64,000 nt of DNA from an uncultured beta proteobacterium (GCA_963747265.1 CAVVEH010000003.1:285377-349376), one strand, 5' to 3'; shown: positions 1 to 11,349, numbered from the stretch's first letter. The notes: generated from the letters alone by a model not told the origin. Numbers and translations are program-made.

Positions 1-608
1 AAGAGGTCGCCGCGAACGAGAAGGGCGTGCTGATGATCGTGCCGCCGTTGCCGCCCGGGTGCATGACAACGGTGTGGGGCGACGACGAGCGGTTCGTGAA
101 GACGTATTTCTCGACGTTTCCGGACACGCTCGCGTATTCGACGTTCGACTGGGCGACGCGCGACGACGATGGCTATTACTTCGTGCTGGGTCGAACGGAC
201 GACGTCATCAACGTCGCCGGGCACCGCCTCGGGACACGTGAAATCGAGGAGGCGATACAGGCGCATTCCGGCATAGCCGAAGTGGCGGTCGTGGGCATGG
301 CCGACTCGTTGAAGGGACAGGTTCCGGTGGCCTTCGCCGTGGTGAAGGACCCGGCCAGGGTGGCCGACGCGGCGGGCATCGCGCAGATGCGCCGCGAAGT
401 GATGGACACCGTCGATCGCGAATTGGGTGCCATCGCGCGGCCCGCCGCAGTCTATTTCGTGACCCTGTTGCCCAAGACGCGGTCGGGGAAGTTGCTGCGG
501 CGATCGTTGCAGGCACTGGCCGAGGGCCGCGATCCGGGCGACTTGACGACCATCGAGGATCCGGGCGCGCTGGTTGAGATCAAGGCCGCGCTTGGCGCAA
601 AGGCTTGA
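1..608 (+). CDS. prpE: Propionate-CoA ligase (acyl-CoA synthetase), C-terminal part; 5' end outside window
   Basis: YSTFDW...GRTDDVINVAGHRLGTREIEE and LPKTRSGKLLRR adenylate-forming motifs; PrpE-type tail GRDPGDLTTIEDP. Confidence 0.8.
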   Translation, partial: EVAANEKGVLMIVPPLPPGCMTTVWGDDERFVKTYFSTFPDTLAYSTFDWATRDDDGYYFVLGRTDDVINVAGHRLGTREIEEAIQAHSGIAEVAVVGMADSLKGQVPVAFAVVKDPARVADAAGIAQMRREVMDTVDRELGAIARPAAVYFVTLLPKTRSGKLLRRSLQALAEGRDPGDLTTIEDPGALVEIKAALGAKA

Positions 609-642
609 ATTCCGCGACAACGTGGCCTGACGCGAGATTGCG

Positions 643-1962
643 ATGATCGCGAAGACCCTGGGCGTGATCGTCCTGCTGGCGTTGTCGACGATCGTGGCCA
701 ACGCCGCGTATGCTGCCGACGCGGCCGGCGCGCGCGACACACAGGCGCAAATCCGCGCGGTGGACGACGCGTGGCGTGCGAGCCTTCCCCGCGACGCAAA
801 CGCGGCGACGCAAGCTTACATGGACCGGCTGTCGCCCGCGGCCGTCGCTCGGTCGAACGCCTATTTCGAGGGCGGCTACTGGCTGCAGCTCTGGAACTTC
901 CTGCTGTCGCTGGTCATATCGGCGATCCTGTTGACCGGCAAGCGTTCGGCGCGCGTGCGCGACTGGGCGCAGCGCATTGGCCGCAAGGCGTTCTTCCGCG
1001 ACGCGATCTACGGCGTGTTCTTCGCGGTGGCCACGTTCGTATTGTCATTGCCGCTGACCATCTACCAGGGCTTCGTGCGCGAGCACGACTACGGCATGGC
1101 GACGCAGACGTTCGGGGCGTGGTTCGGCGAGCAACTGATCGGCTTGGGCGTAGGTGCGCTGGTCGCCGCGGTGGTCGTGGGAATCCTTTACGCCGTGATC
1201 CGTCGGGCGGGCGAGAACTGGTGGATGTGGGGCACCGCGGTGGCCGTCGCGCTTCTGGTCGTCGCCTACCTGGTCGGTCCGGTGTGGATCGATCCGCTTT
1301 TCAACACATACAAGCCCATCGAGAACGGTGAGATCAAGGGCGCCGTGCTGGCGATGGCCCACGCCAACGGTGTGCCGGCCGACAACGTCTATGAATTCGA
1401 CGCATCGCGCCAGACCACGCGAGTCAGCGCCAACGTCAGCGGCATCTTCGGCACGGCGTCGGTGCGCCTGAACGACAACCTGCTCCGCCGCTCGTCGCTG
1501 CCCGAGATCCGTGCGGTGATGGGACACGAGCTCGGCCACTACGTGATGAACCACATCTACAAGTTCATCGCCGAAATGGCACTCGTGTACCTGGCCATGT
1601 TCCTGTTCGCGCAGTGGAGCATGCGCCGGCTGCTCAAGCGGTACGGAACGCGCTTCGGCCTGCGTGGCGTGTCCGACGTGGCGAGCCTCCCGTTGCTGGC
1701 GGCGGTATTCGGCGTCTTCATGTTCGTGACAACGCCGGTCACCAACACGCTGATACGCGTGCAGGAAATCGAAGCGGACCGCTTCGGGCTCAATTTGGCC
1801 CGCGAGCCGCACGGCGAAGCGGAAGTCGACTTGAAGCTGACCGAGTACCGGAAGCCAGACCCTGGTGCGATCGAGGAAATCCTCTTCTTCGATCATCCCA
1901 GCACGCGCTTCCGGATCCACGACGCGATGCGCTGGCGCGAGGCGATGGGCACCACCCCGTGA
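643..1962 (+). CDS. M48 family (Ste24-like) membrane zinc metallopeptidase
   Basis: Several TM segments, HELGH zinc motif, EIEAD and DHPS motifs. Confidence 0.88.
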   Translation: MIAKTLGVIVLLALSTIVANAAYAADAAGARDTQAQIRAVDDAWRASLPRDANAATQAYMDRLSPAAVARSNAYFEGGYWLQLWNFLLSLVISAILLTGKRSARVRDWAQRIGRKAFFRDAIYGVFFAVATFVLSLPLTIYQGFVREHDYGMATQTFGAWFGEQLIGLGVGALVAAVVVGILYAVIRRAGENWWMWGTAVAVALLVVAYLVGPVWIDPLFNTYKPIENGEIKGAVLAMAHANGVPADNVYEFDASRQTTRVSANVSGIFGTASVRLNDNLLRRSSLPEIRAVMGHELGHYVMNHIYKFIAEMALVYLAMFLFAQWSMRRLLKRYGTRFGLRGVSDVASLPLLAAVFGVFMFVTTPVTNTLIRVQEIEADRFGLNLAREPHGEAEVDLKLTEYRKPDPGAIEEILFFDHPSTRFRIHDAMRWREAMGTTP

Positions 1963-2018
1963 TCGCGGCGTGCTGACATGGGCGATAATAGGAAGTTGAC
2001 GTTCACAGTTCCCCGCCA

Positions 2019-3065
2019 TTGCCCGCTTCCGCCACGCCTTCCCGATTCGCCAATGCGTCCCACGTTCCGCTGACCACCGTCCTGCGCGGCGGCGCGGTCG
2101 AGAGTGTGCACGTGGGCTCGGTGGCCGTCGTCGACCGGCACGGCCGGCTCCTGTATTCGGCCGGCGATCCGACCGTCGTGACGTTCACGCGCAGCGCGCT
2201 CAAACCTCTGCAGGCGCTCCCGTTCGTCGCGGGCGGCGGCATCGAACGCTTCGGCTACGCGCAGCCGCAGGTCGCGCTGCTGTGCGCCAGCCATTCCGGC
2301 GAGCCGCGCCACGTCGAGGCCGTGGCCGACATGCTGGCGCGTGCCGGCAACACCGTCGACGAACTCCAGTGCGGCACACACGCTCCAAGCTATTTCGACC
2401 TGCGCGGCGACGTGCCGCCGCCACCCCCGTATTCGCCGCTTGCGCACAACTGTTCGGGCAAGCACAGCGGCATGCTCGCCTACTGCGTCCAGTGCGGACT
2501 CCCCAAATCCGACTATCTGGCCTTCGACCATCCGCTGCAGCAGGCGATCCGACGCGCCGTGTCCTGTTTCACCGCCACACCGGAGGACCGCCTGGTTGCC
2601 GGTGTGGATGGTTGCTCGGCGCCTAACTACGCGGTGCCGCTTTCCGCGCTGGCGCTGGCGTTCGCGCGGCTTTCGTCGGCGGACGTCGACGCCGATTACG
2701 GCCGCGCGCCCAAGGTCCTTGCCGACGCCATGACGGCGCACCCCGAAATGGTCTCCGGCGAGCGCCGCAACGACTTGGCCTTGTCCCGTGCCGGGCGCGG
2801 CGACTGGGTGACCAAGGTCGGCGCCGAAGGCGTCCAGGCCATCGGCATCCGCAGCCGGGGCTGGGGGATCGCCGTCAAGGTGGCCGATGGCAACATGCGC
2901 GGCTTGCATCCGGCGACGGTTGCCGTCCTGGATCAGTTGGGACTGGTCGACGAGGCGGCGGCGGCGGCGCTGGCGCCATGGGGCCATCCGCTGGTCAAGA
3001 ATTACCGGGGCATCACGACCGGCGAGATTCGCCCGGCGGTTGTCTTGGACAAAGTTGCCGGCTAG
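2019..3065 (+). CDS. L-asparaginase II (Rhizobium etli-type, class 3)
   Basis: RSALKPLQA, SHSGE, NCSGKHSG, DGCSAP and KVGAEG motifs; exact start uncertain. Confidence 0.88.
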   Translation: MPASATPSRFANASHVPLTTVLRGGAVESVHVGSVAVVDRHGRLLYSAGDPTVVTFTRSALKPLQALPFVAGGGIERFGYAQPQVALLCASHSGEPRHVEAVADMLARAGNTVDELQCGTHAPSYFDLRGDVPPPPPYSPLAHNCSGKHSGMLAYCVQCGLPKSDYLAFDHPLQQAIRRAVSCFTATPEDRLVAGVDGCSAPNYAVPLSALALAFARLSSADVDADYGRAPKVLADAMTAHPEMVSGERRNDLALSRAGRGDWVTKVGAEGVQAIGIRSRGWGIAVKVADGNMRGLHPATVAVLDQLGLVDEAAAAALAPWGHPLVKNYRGITTGEIRPAVVLDKVAG

Positions 3066-3096
3066 CGGCCCGGGTGGAATAACCATGTCGCTCAAT

Positions 3097-3122
3097 GAAC
3101 TAAACCCCCTCCCGGCAGTCTG
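3097..3122 (+). promoter_or_regulatory. Sigma-E-type (autoregulatory) promoter of rpoE
   Basis: GAACTA-N15-GTCTG about 115 nt upstream of rpoE, resembling the RpoE/AlgU GAACTT...GTCT consensus. Confidence 0.65.
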
Positions 3123-3237
3123 TTACGCCAAGCGTGCACCGCGCCTTTGCCCGGGCGACCGGCGACGGAGGGCCACGGCTTCCGCCGCACCCGCGTTCTC
3201 GCGGGATAACAACGAATGATCCAGGGACGTCCCGTCA

Positions 3238-3837
3238 GTGGGTGACCGCGAAGTCGACCAGCAGCTCGTGGAGCGTGCGCAACGAGGCGACAAGCGCGCG
3301 TTCGAGCTCCTGGTCATGAAATACCAGCGCAAGCTGGCGCGGCTTTTGTCGCGGCTTGTGCGCGACCCGGCCGAGGTCGAGGACGTGGCGCAGGAGGCCT
3401 TCATCAAGGCCTACCGCGCCCTCCCGAGCTTCCGGGGTGACAGTGCGTTCTACACGTGGCTGTATCGCATCGCGATCAACACGGCGAAGAACTACCTGGT
3501 CGCGCTGGGCCGGCGGGCGCCGACGTCGACCTCGTTCGACAACGAGGAGGCGGAAGGCTTTGAGGATGCGGAACAGTTGCGGGACAGCGCTACGCCGGAA
3601 GACGAATTGATCGGCAAGCAGATTGCGGCGACGGTGAACCGCGCGATGGATGCACTGCCCGAGGACCTGCGCACGGCGATCACGCTGCGCGAGATCGAAG
3701 GGTTGAGCTACGAGGAAATTGCCAGCGTGATGAATTGTCCGATCGGTACCGTGCGCTCGCGGATCTTCCGCGCGCGTGAGGCGATCGCCGTCGAGTTGCG
3801 CCCGCAGCTCGGCACAGATGAAACCCGGAGATGGTGA
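3238..3837 (+). CDS. rpoE: RNA polymerase sigma factor RpoE
   Basis: DQQLVERAQRGDKRAFELLV, SAFYTWLYRIAINTAKNYL, CPIGTVRSRIFRARE. Confidence 0.97.
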   Translation: MGDREVDQQLVERAQRGDKRAFELLVMKYQRKLARLLSRLVRDPAEVEDVAQEAFIKAYRALPSFRGDSAFYTWLYRIAINTAKNYLVALGRRAPTSTSFDNEEAEGFEDAEQLRDSATPEDELIGKQIAATVNRAMDALPEDLRTAITLREIEGLSYEEIASVMNCPIGTVRSRIFRAREAIAVELRPQLGTDETRRW

Positions 3838-4346
3838 TGAACGAGAGCATTTCGCGCCTGATGGACGGCGAGGTCGGTCCGCAGGAATTCGAGCACATTT
3901 GCGCGGAAATGAAGGCGCCGGACGCGATGAACACGTGGGTGTGCTACCACGTGATCGGCGACCAGCTGCGAGGCGCGCGCGACGTGTCGCCGCGCTTCGC
4001 CGCGCGCATCTGCGCGGCGCTCGCCTCCGAGCCGACGGTGCTGGCGCCTGCCGTACAGCGTGTTCGCCCGGCGCAGGTCGCGACGTTTGCCTGGGCGGTC
4101 GCCGCCACGCTCGCGGCCGTGACCGTCGTCGGCTGGACGGCGTTTTCGATGGTCGACGCGCCGCCCACGGCGGTGGCCAAGGCGCGCGAGGCGGCAACCG
4201 TGCGGGCCGCGCAGATCAAGCCGCCGGCCGGCGTGCCCGCGGACTATCTGCTCGCGCACCAGGAATATTCGCCGTCGGTGGTCGTCCAGGGCATGGGGCC
4301 CTACATGCGGGCCGTGGCCGTCACCGGCAGCGAACCGCGTCCTTGA
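3837..4346 (+). CDS. rseA: Anti-sigma-E factor RseA
   Basis: ESISRLMDGE...W..YHVIGD N-terminal domain, one TM, DYLLAHQEYS; directly after rpoE. Confidence 0.9.
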   Translation: MNESISRLMDGEVGPQEFEHICAEMKAPDAMNTWVCYHVIGDQLRGARDVSPRFAARICAALASEPTVLAPAVQRVRPAQVATFAWAVAATLAAVTVVGWTAFSMVDAPPTAVAKAREAATVRAAQIKPPAGVPADYLLAHQEYSPSVVVQGMGPYMRAVAVTGSEPRP

Positions 4347-4360
4347 CCGGAAGGCCCTAG

Positions 4361-5363
4361 ATGACCGTGGCAGTCCCGATTCTGCCGCGCGGAGCGCGGC
4401 TGCAGTGGAATGTGCTGGCCGCGACCTCGCTGCTCGTGGTTGCGCTGACGTTTGCCGCCGACGCGTCGGCCGACGATGCCGCGCGCTGGCTCGAACGGGC
4501 GGCGCAGGCGGCCAAGACGCTCAACTATTCGGGCACCATCGTCTATCAGCACAACGGGCACGTCGAGACGTCCCGGATCGTGCACCTGTTCGAAGGCGGG
4601 CAGGAGCAGGAAAAACTGGTGAGCCTGGACGGCCCCGCGCGCGAAGTGATCCGCAGTGCCAACGAGGTCCGTTGCTATTTCCCCGACGCCAAGGTCATCC
4701 GCATCGAACCGCGCGACCTTCCGCAACGTGTTTCCGTCGTTGTCGGCCGAACAGCAGCGCAACCTGGCGCAATACTACGAGACCAAATTTTCCGTCAGCG
4801 AGCGCGTGGCAGGACGCTGGACGCAGGTGATGACGTTCGAGCCGAAGGACGGCTTTCGCTATGGCCACAAGTTCTGGGCCGACGCCAATACAGGGCTGCT
4901 ACTCAAGGCGCGCCTGGTCGACGACCACGGCGAGGTCGTCGAGCAATTCGCGTTTACCGATGTCGTCATCAACGACAAGATCGACCGTGACATGGTCAAG
5001 CCGTCGTGGGCGACCGCGCCGCCCGACTGGCAGGTGAGGCAGGCTGGCTTCGGCGAGATGAGTCCGCGCGAGACGGGCTGGTCCGTGGGCAAGGTGCCTG
5101 CGGGATTCCAGAAGATCATGGAAGGTTACCGCACGCTGCGCGGCAAGCGTGACCCGGTCGTGCACCTCGTCTATTCCGACGGATTGGTTGCCGTCAGCGT
5201 GTTCGTCGAGCCGCTGGCCCCCGCGCCGCTGCAGACGGGCGTGTCGCAGCAGGGTGGCCTCAACGTCTACACGACCAAGAGCGACGACTACCTGATTACC
5301 GTGCTGGGCGAGGCGCCGCCGCTGACGGTGCGCCAGATCGCCCAGTCGGTGGCACGGCGCTGA
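4361..5363 (+). CDS. rseB: RseB/MucB periplasmic regulator (one frameshift near 4715)
   Basis: LNYSGTIVYQ...LDGPAREVIR in frame 4361 continues into HLVYSDGLVAVSVFVEP in frame 4656. Confidence 0.9.
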
Positions 5364-5443
5364 CCGGCAATGCGCGTTTACCGTAAAATCAGCATCTAGC
5401 GCACCTAGTCACCTATGCGCCTTGCACCATGAAAAGGAATTCC

Positions 5444-6915
5444 ATGCCGAAGAGTATTCTTTCCACGCACAGGGGCGCTCGCCTGTGCTGCGCTCCTGAC
5501 CGCCTCGTTCGCATTGTTCGCGGCATTCGCGCCGGCCGTCTCGGCGCCAGGGCAAGGCCGGGTTGCTGCCCGACTTCACCGAACTCTACGAAAAGAACGG
5601 ACCCGCCGGTCGTGTCGATCGACGTGACGCAAAAATCCCGGCGCGTCCGCGGCCTGCCGGAGCTTGGCCGAGGACGATCCGTTCTACGAATTCTTCCGCC
5701 GCTTCGGCCAGGTGCCGCCGGGTCCGCGCGGCCAGCCGCGCGAACCGGAGGCACAGTCGGTCGGCTCCGGATTCATCATCGGCGCGGACGGCTACGTCAT
5801 CACCAACGCGCACGTCGTCGACGGGGCCGACGAAGTGACGGTCAACGCTGACCGACAAGCGCGAATTCAAGGCCAAGGTCATCGGCGCCGACAAGCGCAC
5901 CGACATCGCGCTGATGCAAGATCGAAGCCAAGGACCTGCCCAAGGTGACGATCGGCGACCCGGACAAGCTGAAGGTCGGCGAATGGGTCGTCGCGATCGG
6001 CAAGCCTTTCGGCCTCGAGAACACGATGACGGCCGGCATCGTCAGCGCCAAGGGCCGCGACCTGCCGCAGGAGAACCTCGTCCCGTTCATCCAGACCGAC
6101 GTGGCCATCAATCCGGGCAATTCCGGCGGACCGCTCTTCAACATGCGCGGCGAGGTGGTCGGCATCAATTCGCTCATCTATTCGCGCACCGGCGGCTACA
6201 TGGGCCTGGCGTTCGCCATCCCGATCGACGTCGCGATGAACACGGTCAACCAGCTGAAGGAGAAGGGCCGCGTGACGCGCGGGCGCATCGGCGTGCAGAT
6301 CCAGCCGGTGACCAAGGAAGACGCCGAGGCGTTCGGCCTGGGCGCGCCGCGCGGCGCGCTGGTCAACGGCGTCGAGAAGGACGCCCCGGCCGGCAAGGCC
6401 GGCATCGAGATCGGCGACATCATCATCAAGGTGGACGGCCGCGACGTGAAGACGTCGAACGAGCTGCCGCGGATCATCAGCGCGGTTCGCCCCGGCACCA
6501 AGATCACCCTGACGGTCTGGCGCAAGGGCGCGCAGAAGGACATCGCGGTCACCGTCGCCGAGATGAAGGAAGACGCCGTCGCGGTGCCCGGGCGCGGCAG
6601 CCCAGACGCCGAAGGAAAAGGCAAGCCGAACCGCATGGGACTCGTGCTGTCGGACCTGACCGACGACCAGAAGAAGGAAGCCGAGGTCAAGAACGGCGTG
6701 CTGGTCGAGGACGTCGCTCCCAACGTGCGCGGCAACGTGCAGCCCGGCGACGTGATCCTCGCCATCATCAAGCGTGGCCAGTCGATCGAGGCGAAGAGCG
6801 CGGCGCAGGTCAACGACGTGATCGCGAAGCTGGACAAGGGCGCGTCGGTCACGCTGCAGTTGAAGCGCGGCGAGCAGCAGTTCTTCGCCGCGCTGCGCGT
6901 GTCAACGGCGAGTAG
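5444..6915 (+). CDS. mucD: DegP/MucD-like periplasmic serine endoprotease with two PDZ domains (several frameshifts)
   Basis: GSGFII...[24 protein letters not shown]; AAAGGA RBS before ATG 5444; rpoE operon context. Confidence 0.88.
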
Positions 6916-6920
6916 CGGAC

Positions 6921-7199
6921 ATGACCACGCGCGCGCGGGCACGCGGGCAGCGGCGCGCGGCTCACGCCTCCTGCACGCGCGCGCGTATTGCCATCTGTGC
7001 GACACGATGCGCGACGCGCTGGCGCCGCTGGCCGCGCAGGTACGGCGCGACGGTCGCCGAATTCGACGTCGACGCCGACCCGTCGCTCGAGGCCGCCTAC
7101 GGCGAACTGGTGCCCGTCCTGCTGCGCGGCGACGCCGACGACGGACGAGGTGCTTTGCCACTATCACCTCGATCGCGCGCGCGTCGTCGAGCGCGCTGA
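6921..7199 (+). CDS. Glutaredoxin-like protein (DUF836), frameshifted
   Basis: RAYCHLCD CxxC, DVDADPSLEAAYGELVPVL and CHYHLD spread over frames; usual position after degP in Betaproteobacteria. Confidence 0.8.
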   Translation: MTTRARARGQRRAAHASCTRARIAICATRCATRWRRWPRRYGATVAEFDVDADPSLEAAYGELVPVLLRGDADDGRGALPLSPRSRARRRAR

Positions 7200-7208
7200 C
7201 GGGCGGCT

Positions 7209-7234
7209 AGCGACCGGTACCGGCATCGGTCGCT
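7209..7234 (+). terminator. Stem-loop after the rpoE operon (possible terminator)
   Basis: AGCGACCG...CGGTCGCT inverted repeat; no strong U-tract. Confidence 0.4.
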
Positions 7235-7243
7235 CCGGATCCC

Positions 7244-7273
7244 TTGGACGGAGCGAGCGTTTTCCGATATAAT
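7244..7273 (+). promoter_or_regulatory. Sigma-70 promoter of the lepA operon
   Basis: TTGGAC-N18-TATAAT. Confidence 0.6.
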
Positions 7274-7361
7274 TCAAGACTTTCCGATATCCCGCCGCCG
7301 CTGGCGGGCTGCCGACGCCGGGCACCTTCGGGTGCCCTTGCTGTTCCTATCCAAAGCCCGC

Positions 7362-9158
7362 GTGCGCCTAATCCGCAACTTCTCGATCATCGCCCACATC
7401 GACCACGGCAAGTCGACGCTGGCCGATCGCTTCATCCAGCGTTGCGGCGGTCTCTCCGACCGGGAGATGAGCGAGCAGGTGCTGGATTCGATGGACCTGG
7501 AGCGCGAGCGCGGCATCACGATCAAGGCGCAGACGGCCGCGCTGACGTACGTGGCGCGCGACGGCGAGACCTACCAGCTCGAACCTGATCGACACGCCCG
7601 GACACGTCGACTTCGCCTACGAGGTGTCGCGCTCGCTGGCGGCATGCGAAGGCGCGCTGCTGGTCGTCGACGCGTCGCAGGGCGTCGAAGCGCAGACGGT
7701 CGCCAACTGCTACACGGCGGTCGAGCAGGGCGTCGACGGTCGTGCCGGTGCTGAACAAGATCGACCTGCCGTCGGCCGACCCCGAGCGCGTCATCGACGA
7801 GATCGAGGACATCATCGGCATCGACGCCACCGACGCCGTGCGCGCCAGCGCCAAGAACGGCGTCGGCATCGAGGACATCCTCGAAGCGGTGATCGCCAAG
7901 ATTCCGCCGCCCGACCGGCGATCCCGCTGCGCCGTTGCCGCGCTGATCATCGATTCCTGGTTCGACAACTACGTCGGCGTCGTCATGCTGGTTCGCGTGA
8001 AGAATGGCACGCTGCGCCCCAGGGACAAGATCCTGCTGATGGCGACGGGCACGACCTACAACTGCGAACAGGTCGGCGTGTTCACGCCGAAGTCGGTCGC
8101 GCGCGACATGCTGTCCGCCGGCGACGTCGGCTTCATCATCGCCGGCATCAAGGAAATCGATGCCGCCAAGGTCGGCGACACGGTCACGCTGGCCAACCGC
8201 CCGCCGTGCGCCGCCGCTGCCCGGCTTCAAGGAAGTGAAGCCGCAGGTGTTCGCAGGCCTCTACCCGGTCGAATCGAACCAGTACGAGGCGCTGCGCGAT
8301 GCGCTCAACAAGCTCAAGCTGAACGACGCGTCGCTGCACTACGAACCCGAAGTGTCGCAGGCGCTGGGCTTCGGCTTCCGCTGCGGCTTCCTCGGTCTCT
8401 TGCACATGGACATCGTGCAGGAGCGGCTGGAGCGCGAGTACGACATGGACCTGATCACGACGGCGCCGACCGTCGTGTACGAGATCCTGATGCGCGACGG
8501 CACGCTGCTGGAGATCGAGAACCCGTCGAAGCTGCCCGACCTGTCGCGGGTCGAGGAAATCCGCGAGCCGATCATCACGGCGACGATCCTGATGCCGCAG
8601 GAATATGTCGGCCCGGTGATCACGCTGTGCACGGAAAAGCGCGGCGTGCAGAAGAACATGCAGTACCTGGGCCGGCAGGTGATGCTGACCTACGAACTGC
8701 CGATGGCCGAAGTGGTGATGGACTTCTTCGACAAGCTGAAGTCGGTGTCGCGCGGCTACGCGTCGCTCGACTACGAATTCAAGGAATTCCGTGCGGCCGA
8801 CGTCGTCAAGCTCGACATCCTCATCAACGGCGAGCGCGTCGACGCGCTGTCGGTGATGGTGCACCGGTCGGTGTCGATGTATCGCGGCCGCGAGGTGGCG
8901 TCCAAGATGCGCTAGCTGATCCCGCGGCAGATGTTCGACGTGGCCGTGCAGGCGTCGATCGGCGCCAACATCATCGCCCGCGAGACGATCAAGGCGATGC
9001 GCAAGAACGTCCTCGCCAAGTGCTACGGCGGCGACATCACGCGCAAGAAGAAGCTGCTCGAGAAGCAGAAGGCCGGCAAGAAGCGGATGAAGGCCGTGGG
9101 CAGCGTCGAGATTCCGCAGGAGGCGTTCCTGGCCATCCTCCAGGTCGGTGACAAATAG
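7362..9158 (+). CDS. lepA: Elongation factor 4 (LepA); multiple frameshifts and one in-frame TAG, probably sequence errors
   Basis: [50 protein letters not shown]. Confidence 0.96.
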
Positions 9159-9305
9159 GCGAACTTCCCGAGGCCAATGGGCACTGGCGGGTGACGAACA
9201 GCGGATACGAGGGGCCGGACGGCGGCCTTCCGGTGTGCTTCCCGTGCCACAATCCGGCGGCCGTCGTTTAGGGCGGCCCTCGAATCGATAACCCAAGACA
9301 CGACA

Positions 9306-10235
9306 ATGAATTTTGCGCTGATCCTTTTCCTGCTGACGCTCGCGACCGGTGTGCTGTGGCTGCTCGACGCCGTCATCTTCAAGAAACCGCGGCAAGCGGC
9401 GCTCGCGGCGGCCCTGGCGGCATTCGACAAGAAGAACCGGGAGACGCTCGTCGTCAACGAGGGCGCGGTGCTGGCCGAGCGGGCGCAGCTCGAAGAGCGA
9501 CTGATGCGCCAGCCCGCATGGGTCGAGTACGCGGCGAGTTTCTTCCCCGTCCTGCTCGTCGTCTTCATGCTGCGCTCGTTCGTCGCGGAACCGTTCAAGA
9601 TTCCGTCGTCGTCGATGCGGCCCACGCTGGAGGTCGGCGATTTCATCCTGGTCAACAAATTCATCTATGGCCTGCGGCTGCCGATCATCGAGACCAAGAT
9701 CGTGCCAGTGTCGGACCCGAAGCGCGGCGACGTCGTCGTCTTTCGCTACCCGCTCAATCCGTCGCAGGACTTCATCAAGCGCGTCATCGGGGTGGGCGGC
9801 GACACGGTCACCTACCAGGACAAGAAGCTGACCGTGAACGGCGTCGCGTTGCCGCAGGTGCCCGACGGCACGTACAGTTATCTCGAGAACATGCGCTTCG
9901 AGACGCTGGACCGGATGCTCGTCACCGCCAATGCCGGGGAGGGGCCCCATGCGTACACGATCGGCATCAATCCGCACGCGCCGCCGGTCAATCCGCAGGC
10001 GGTCAGGCCGTTTCCGGGACGCGAGAATTGCGACTACAATGAGCGCGGTTTTACGTGCAAGGTGCCCGCGGGCCACTACCTGATGATGGGCGACAACCGG
10101 GACAACAGCGACGACAGCCGCTACTGGGGGTTCGTTCCGGACGACCACATTCGCGGCAAGGCATTTTTCATCTGGTGGAACTGGGATGACCTATCGAGCT
10201 TTGCGTTCAAGCGCGTGGGCAGCGGCATTCGCTGA
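9306..10235 (+). CDS. lepB: Signal peptidase I
   Basis: EPFKIPSSSMRPTL, DFIKRVIG, GDNRDNSDDSRYWGFVP. Confidence 0.97.
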   Translation: MNFALILFLLTLATGVLWLLDAVIFKKPRQAALAAALAAFDKKNRETLVVNEGAVLAERAQLEERLMRQPAWVEYAASFFPVLLVVFMLRSFVAEPFKIPSSSMRPTLEVGDFILVNKFIYGLRLPIIETKIVPVSDPKRGDVVVFRYPLNPSQDFIKRVIGVGGDTVTYQDKKLTVNGVALPQVPDGTYSYLENMRFETLDRMLVTANAGEGPHAYTIGINPHAPPVNPQAVRPFPGRENCDYNERGFTCKVPAGHYLMMGDNRDNSDDSRYWGFVPDDHIRGKAFFIWWNWDDLSSFAFKRVGSGIR

Positions 10236-10250
10236 TCGGGGAGTGACGAA

Positions 10251-10624
10251 TTGGACAAGCACATGGCGACATCGGCGACGGCAGCGCGGTCTGACGATGA
10301 TCGGCTTTCTGTTCGTGGCGGCGGTCGTCGTGATTGCGGCGCTGGTTGCTTCCGCGTATTTCCCGCCTACATCGAGTATTTCTCCGTGCAGAAGGCGCTG
10401 AAGGGTGCGCTGGACGATCGTCCAAGGATCTCACCAAGGCGGACATCCGCAAGCTGGTCGAACGCAGATGAACGCCGACTACATCGAGTCGGTGAACGCC
10501 AACGACATCGAGGTCTCGCGCAGCGGCAACGTCACGACGGCGTCGGCGAGCTGGCAGACGCAAGCTGCACCTGGTCGGCAACGCCAGCCTGCTGCTGGAT
10601 TTCGAAGCCACCGCTTCGCGCTGA
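10251..10624 (+). CDS. DUF4845 family protein (pilin-like N-terminus), frameshifted
   Basis: RQRGLTMIGFLF...PAYIEYFSVQKAL...LVGNASLLLDFEA across frames; conserved position between lepB and rnc. Confidence 0.75.
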
Positions 10625-10642
10625 GCGCGGATCTCCACCGCG

Positions 10643-11345
10643 ATGGCCGGATACGCTGCGCAACGCGCTGGGCTACACCTTTCGCAGGCCCGACCTGCTG
10701 CGCCAGGCGCTGACGCATCGCAGCTTCGGTTCGCCGCATAACGAGCGACTCGAGTTCATCGGCGACGCCGTGCTCAATTGCGTCGTCGGGGCCACGCTCT
10801 ACGAGCGGTTTCCGGCGCTGCCCGAAGGCGATCTTTCGCGGGTGCGCGCGGGACTCGTCAATCGCGATACGCTTGCGCGCGTGGCCGCGGCGCTCGATCT
10901 CGGCGCGCGAGATCCGCCTGGGCGACGGCGAGGCGAAAAGCGGCGGCAACGAGCGGCCGTCGATTCTCGCGGACGCGCTCGAGGCGATGTTCGGCGCGGT
11001 GTTCGTCGACGGCGGATTCGAGGCCGCACGCGACGTCGATCGTCCGCTGCTACGCCGGACGTCCTGCGCGACGCCGATCCGGCGATCGCTGGGCAAGGAT
11101 CCCAAGACGCGATTGCAGGAGTGGCTGCAGGCACGCACGCTTGCCGGTGCCGGAATACGCGGTGACGGCGACCCGCGGCGAGGCGCACGAGCAGCAATTC
11201 ACCGTCGAATGCCGGATTCCCGCGCTCGCGATCGCGACGTCGGGCGAAGGCAGCAAGCCGCCGCGTCGCCGAGCAGGTGGCCGCGGAGGCGGCGCGCGTG
11301 CTGGTCGGTCGCACGCGGAGCGCAACGGGAGCCGCTGCGTGGCCA
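10643..11345 (+). CDS. rnc: Ribonuclease III, frameshifted; 3' end approximate
   Basis: ALTHRS...[33 protein letters not shown]. Confidence 0.93.
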
Positions 11346-11349
11346 ATCG

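Noticed and set aside
8913-8915. In-frame TAG in lepA (and at 14143-14145 in nagZ) as evidence of stop-codon reassignment
   Set aside because: TAG ends many genes here at the expected position (lepA, recO, nagZ, folD, metC), and both cases lie in the error-rich block.
9161-9190. GAACTT after lepA as a sigma-E promoter
   Set aside because: No GTCT-like -10 element at the expected spacing.
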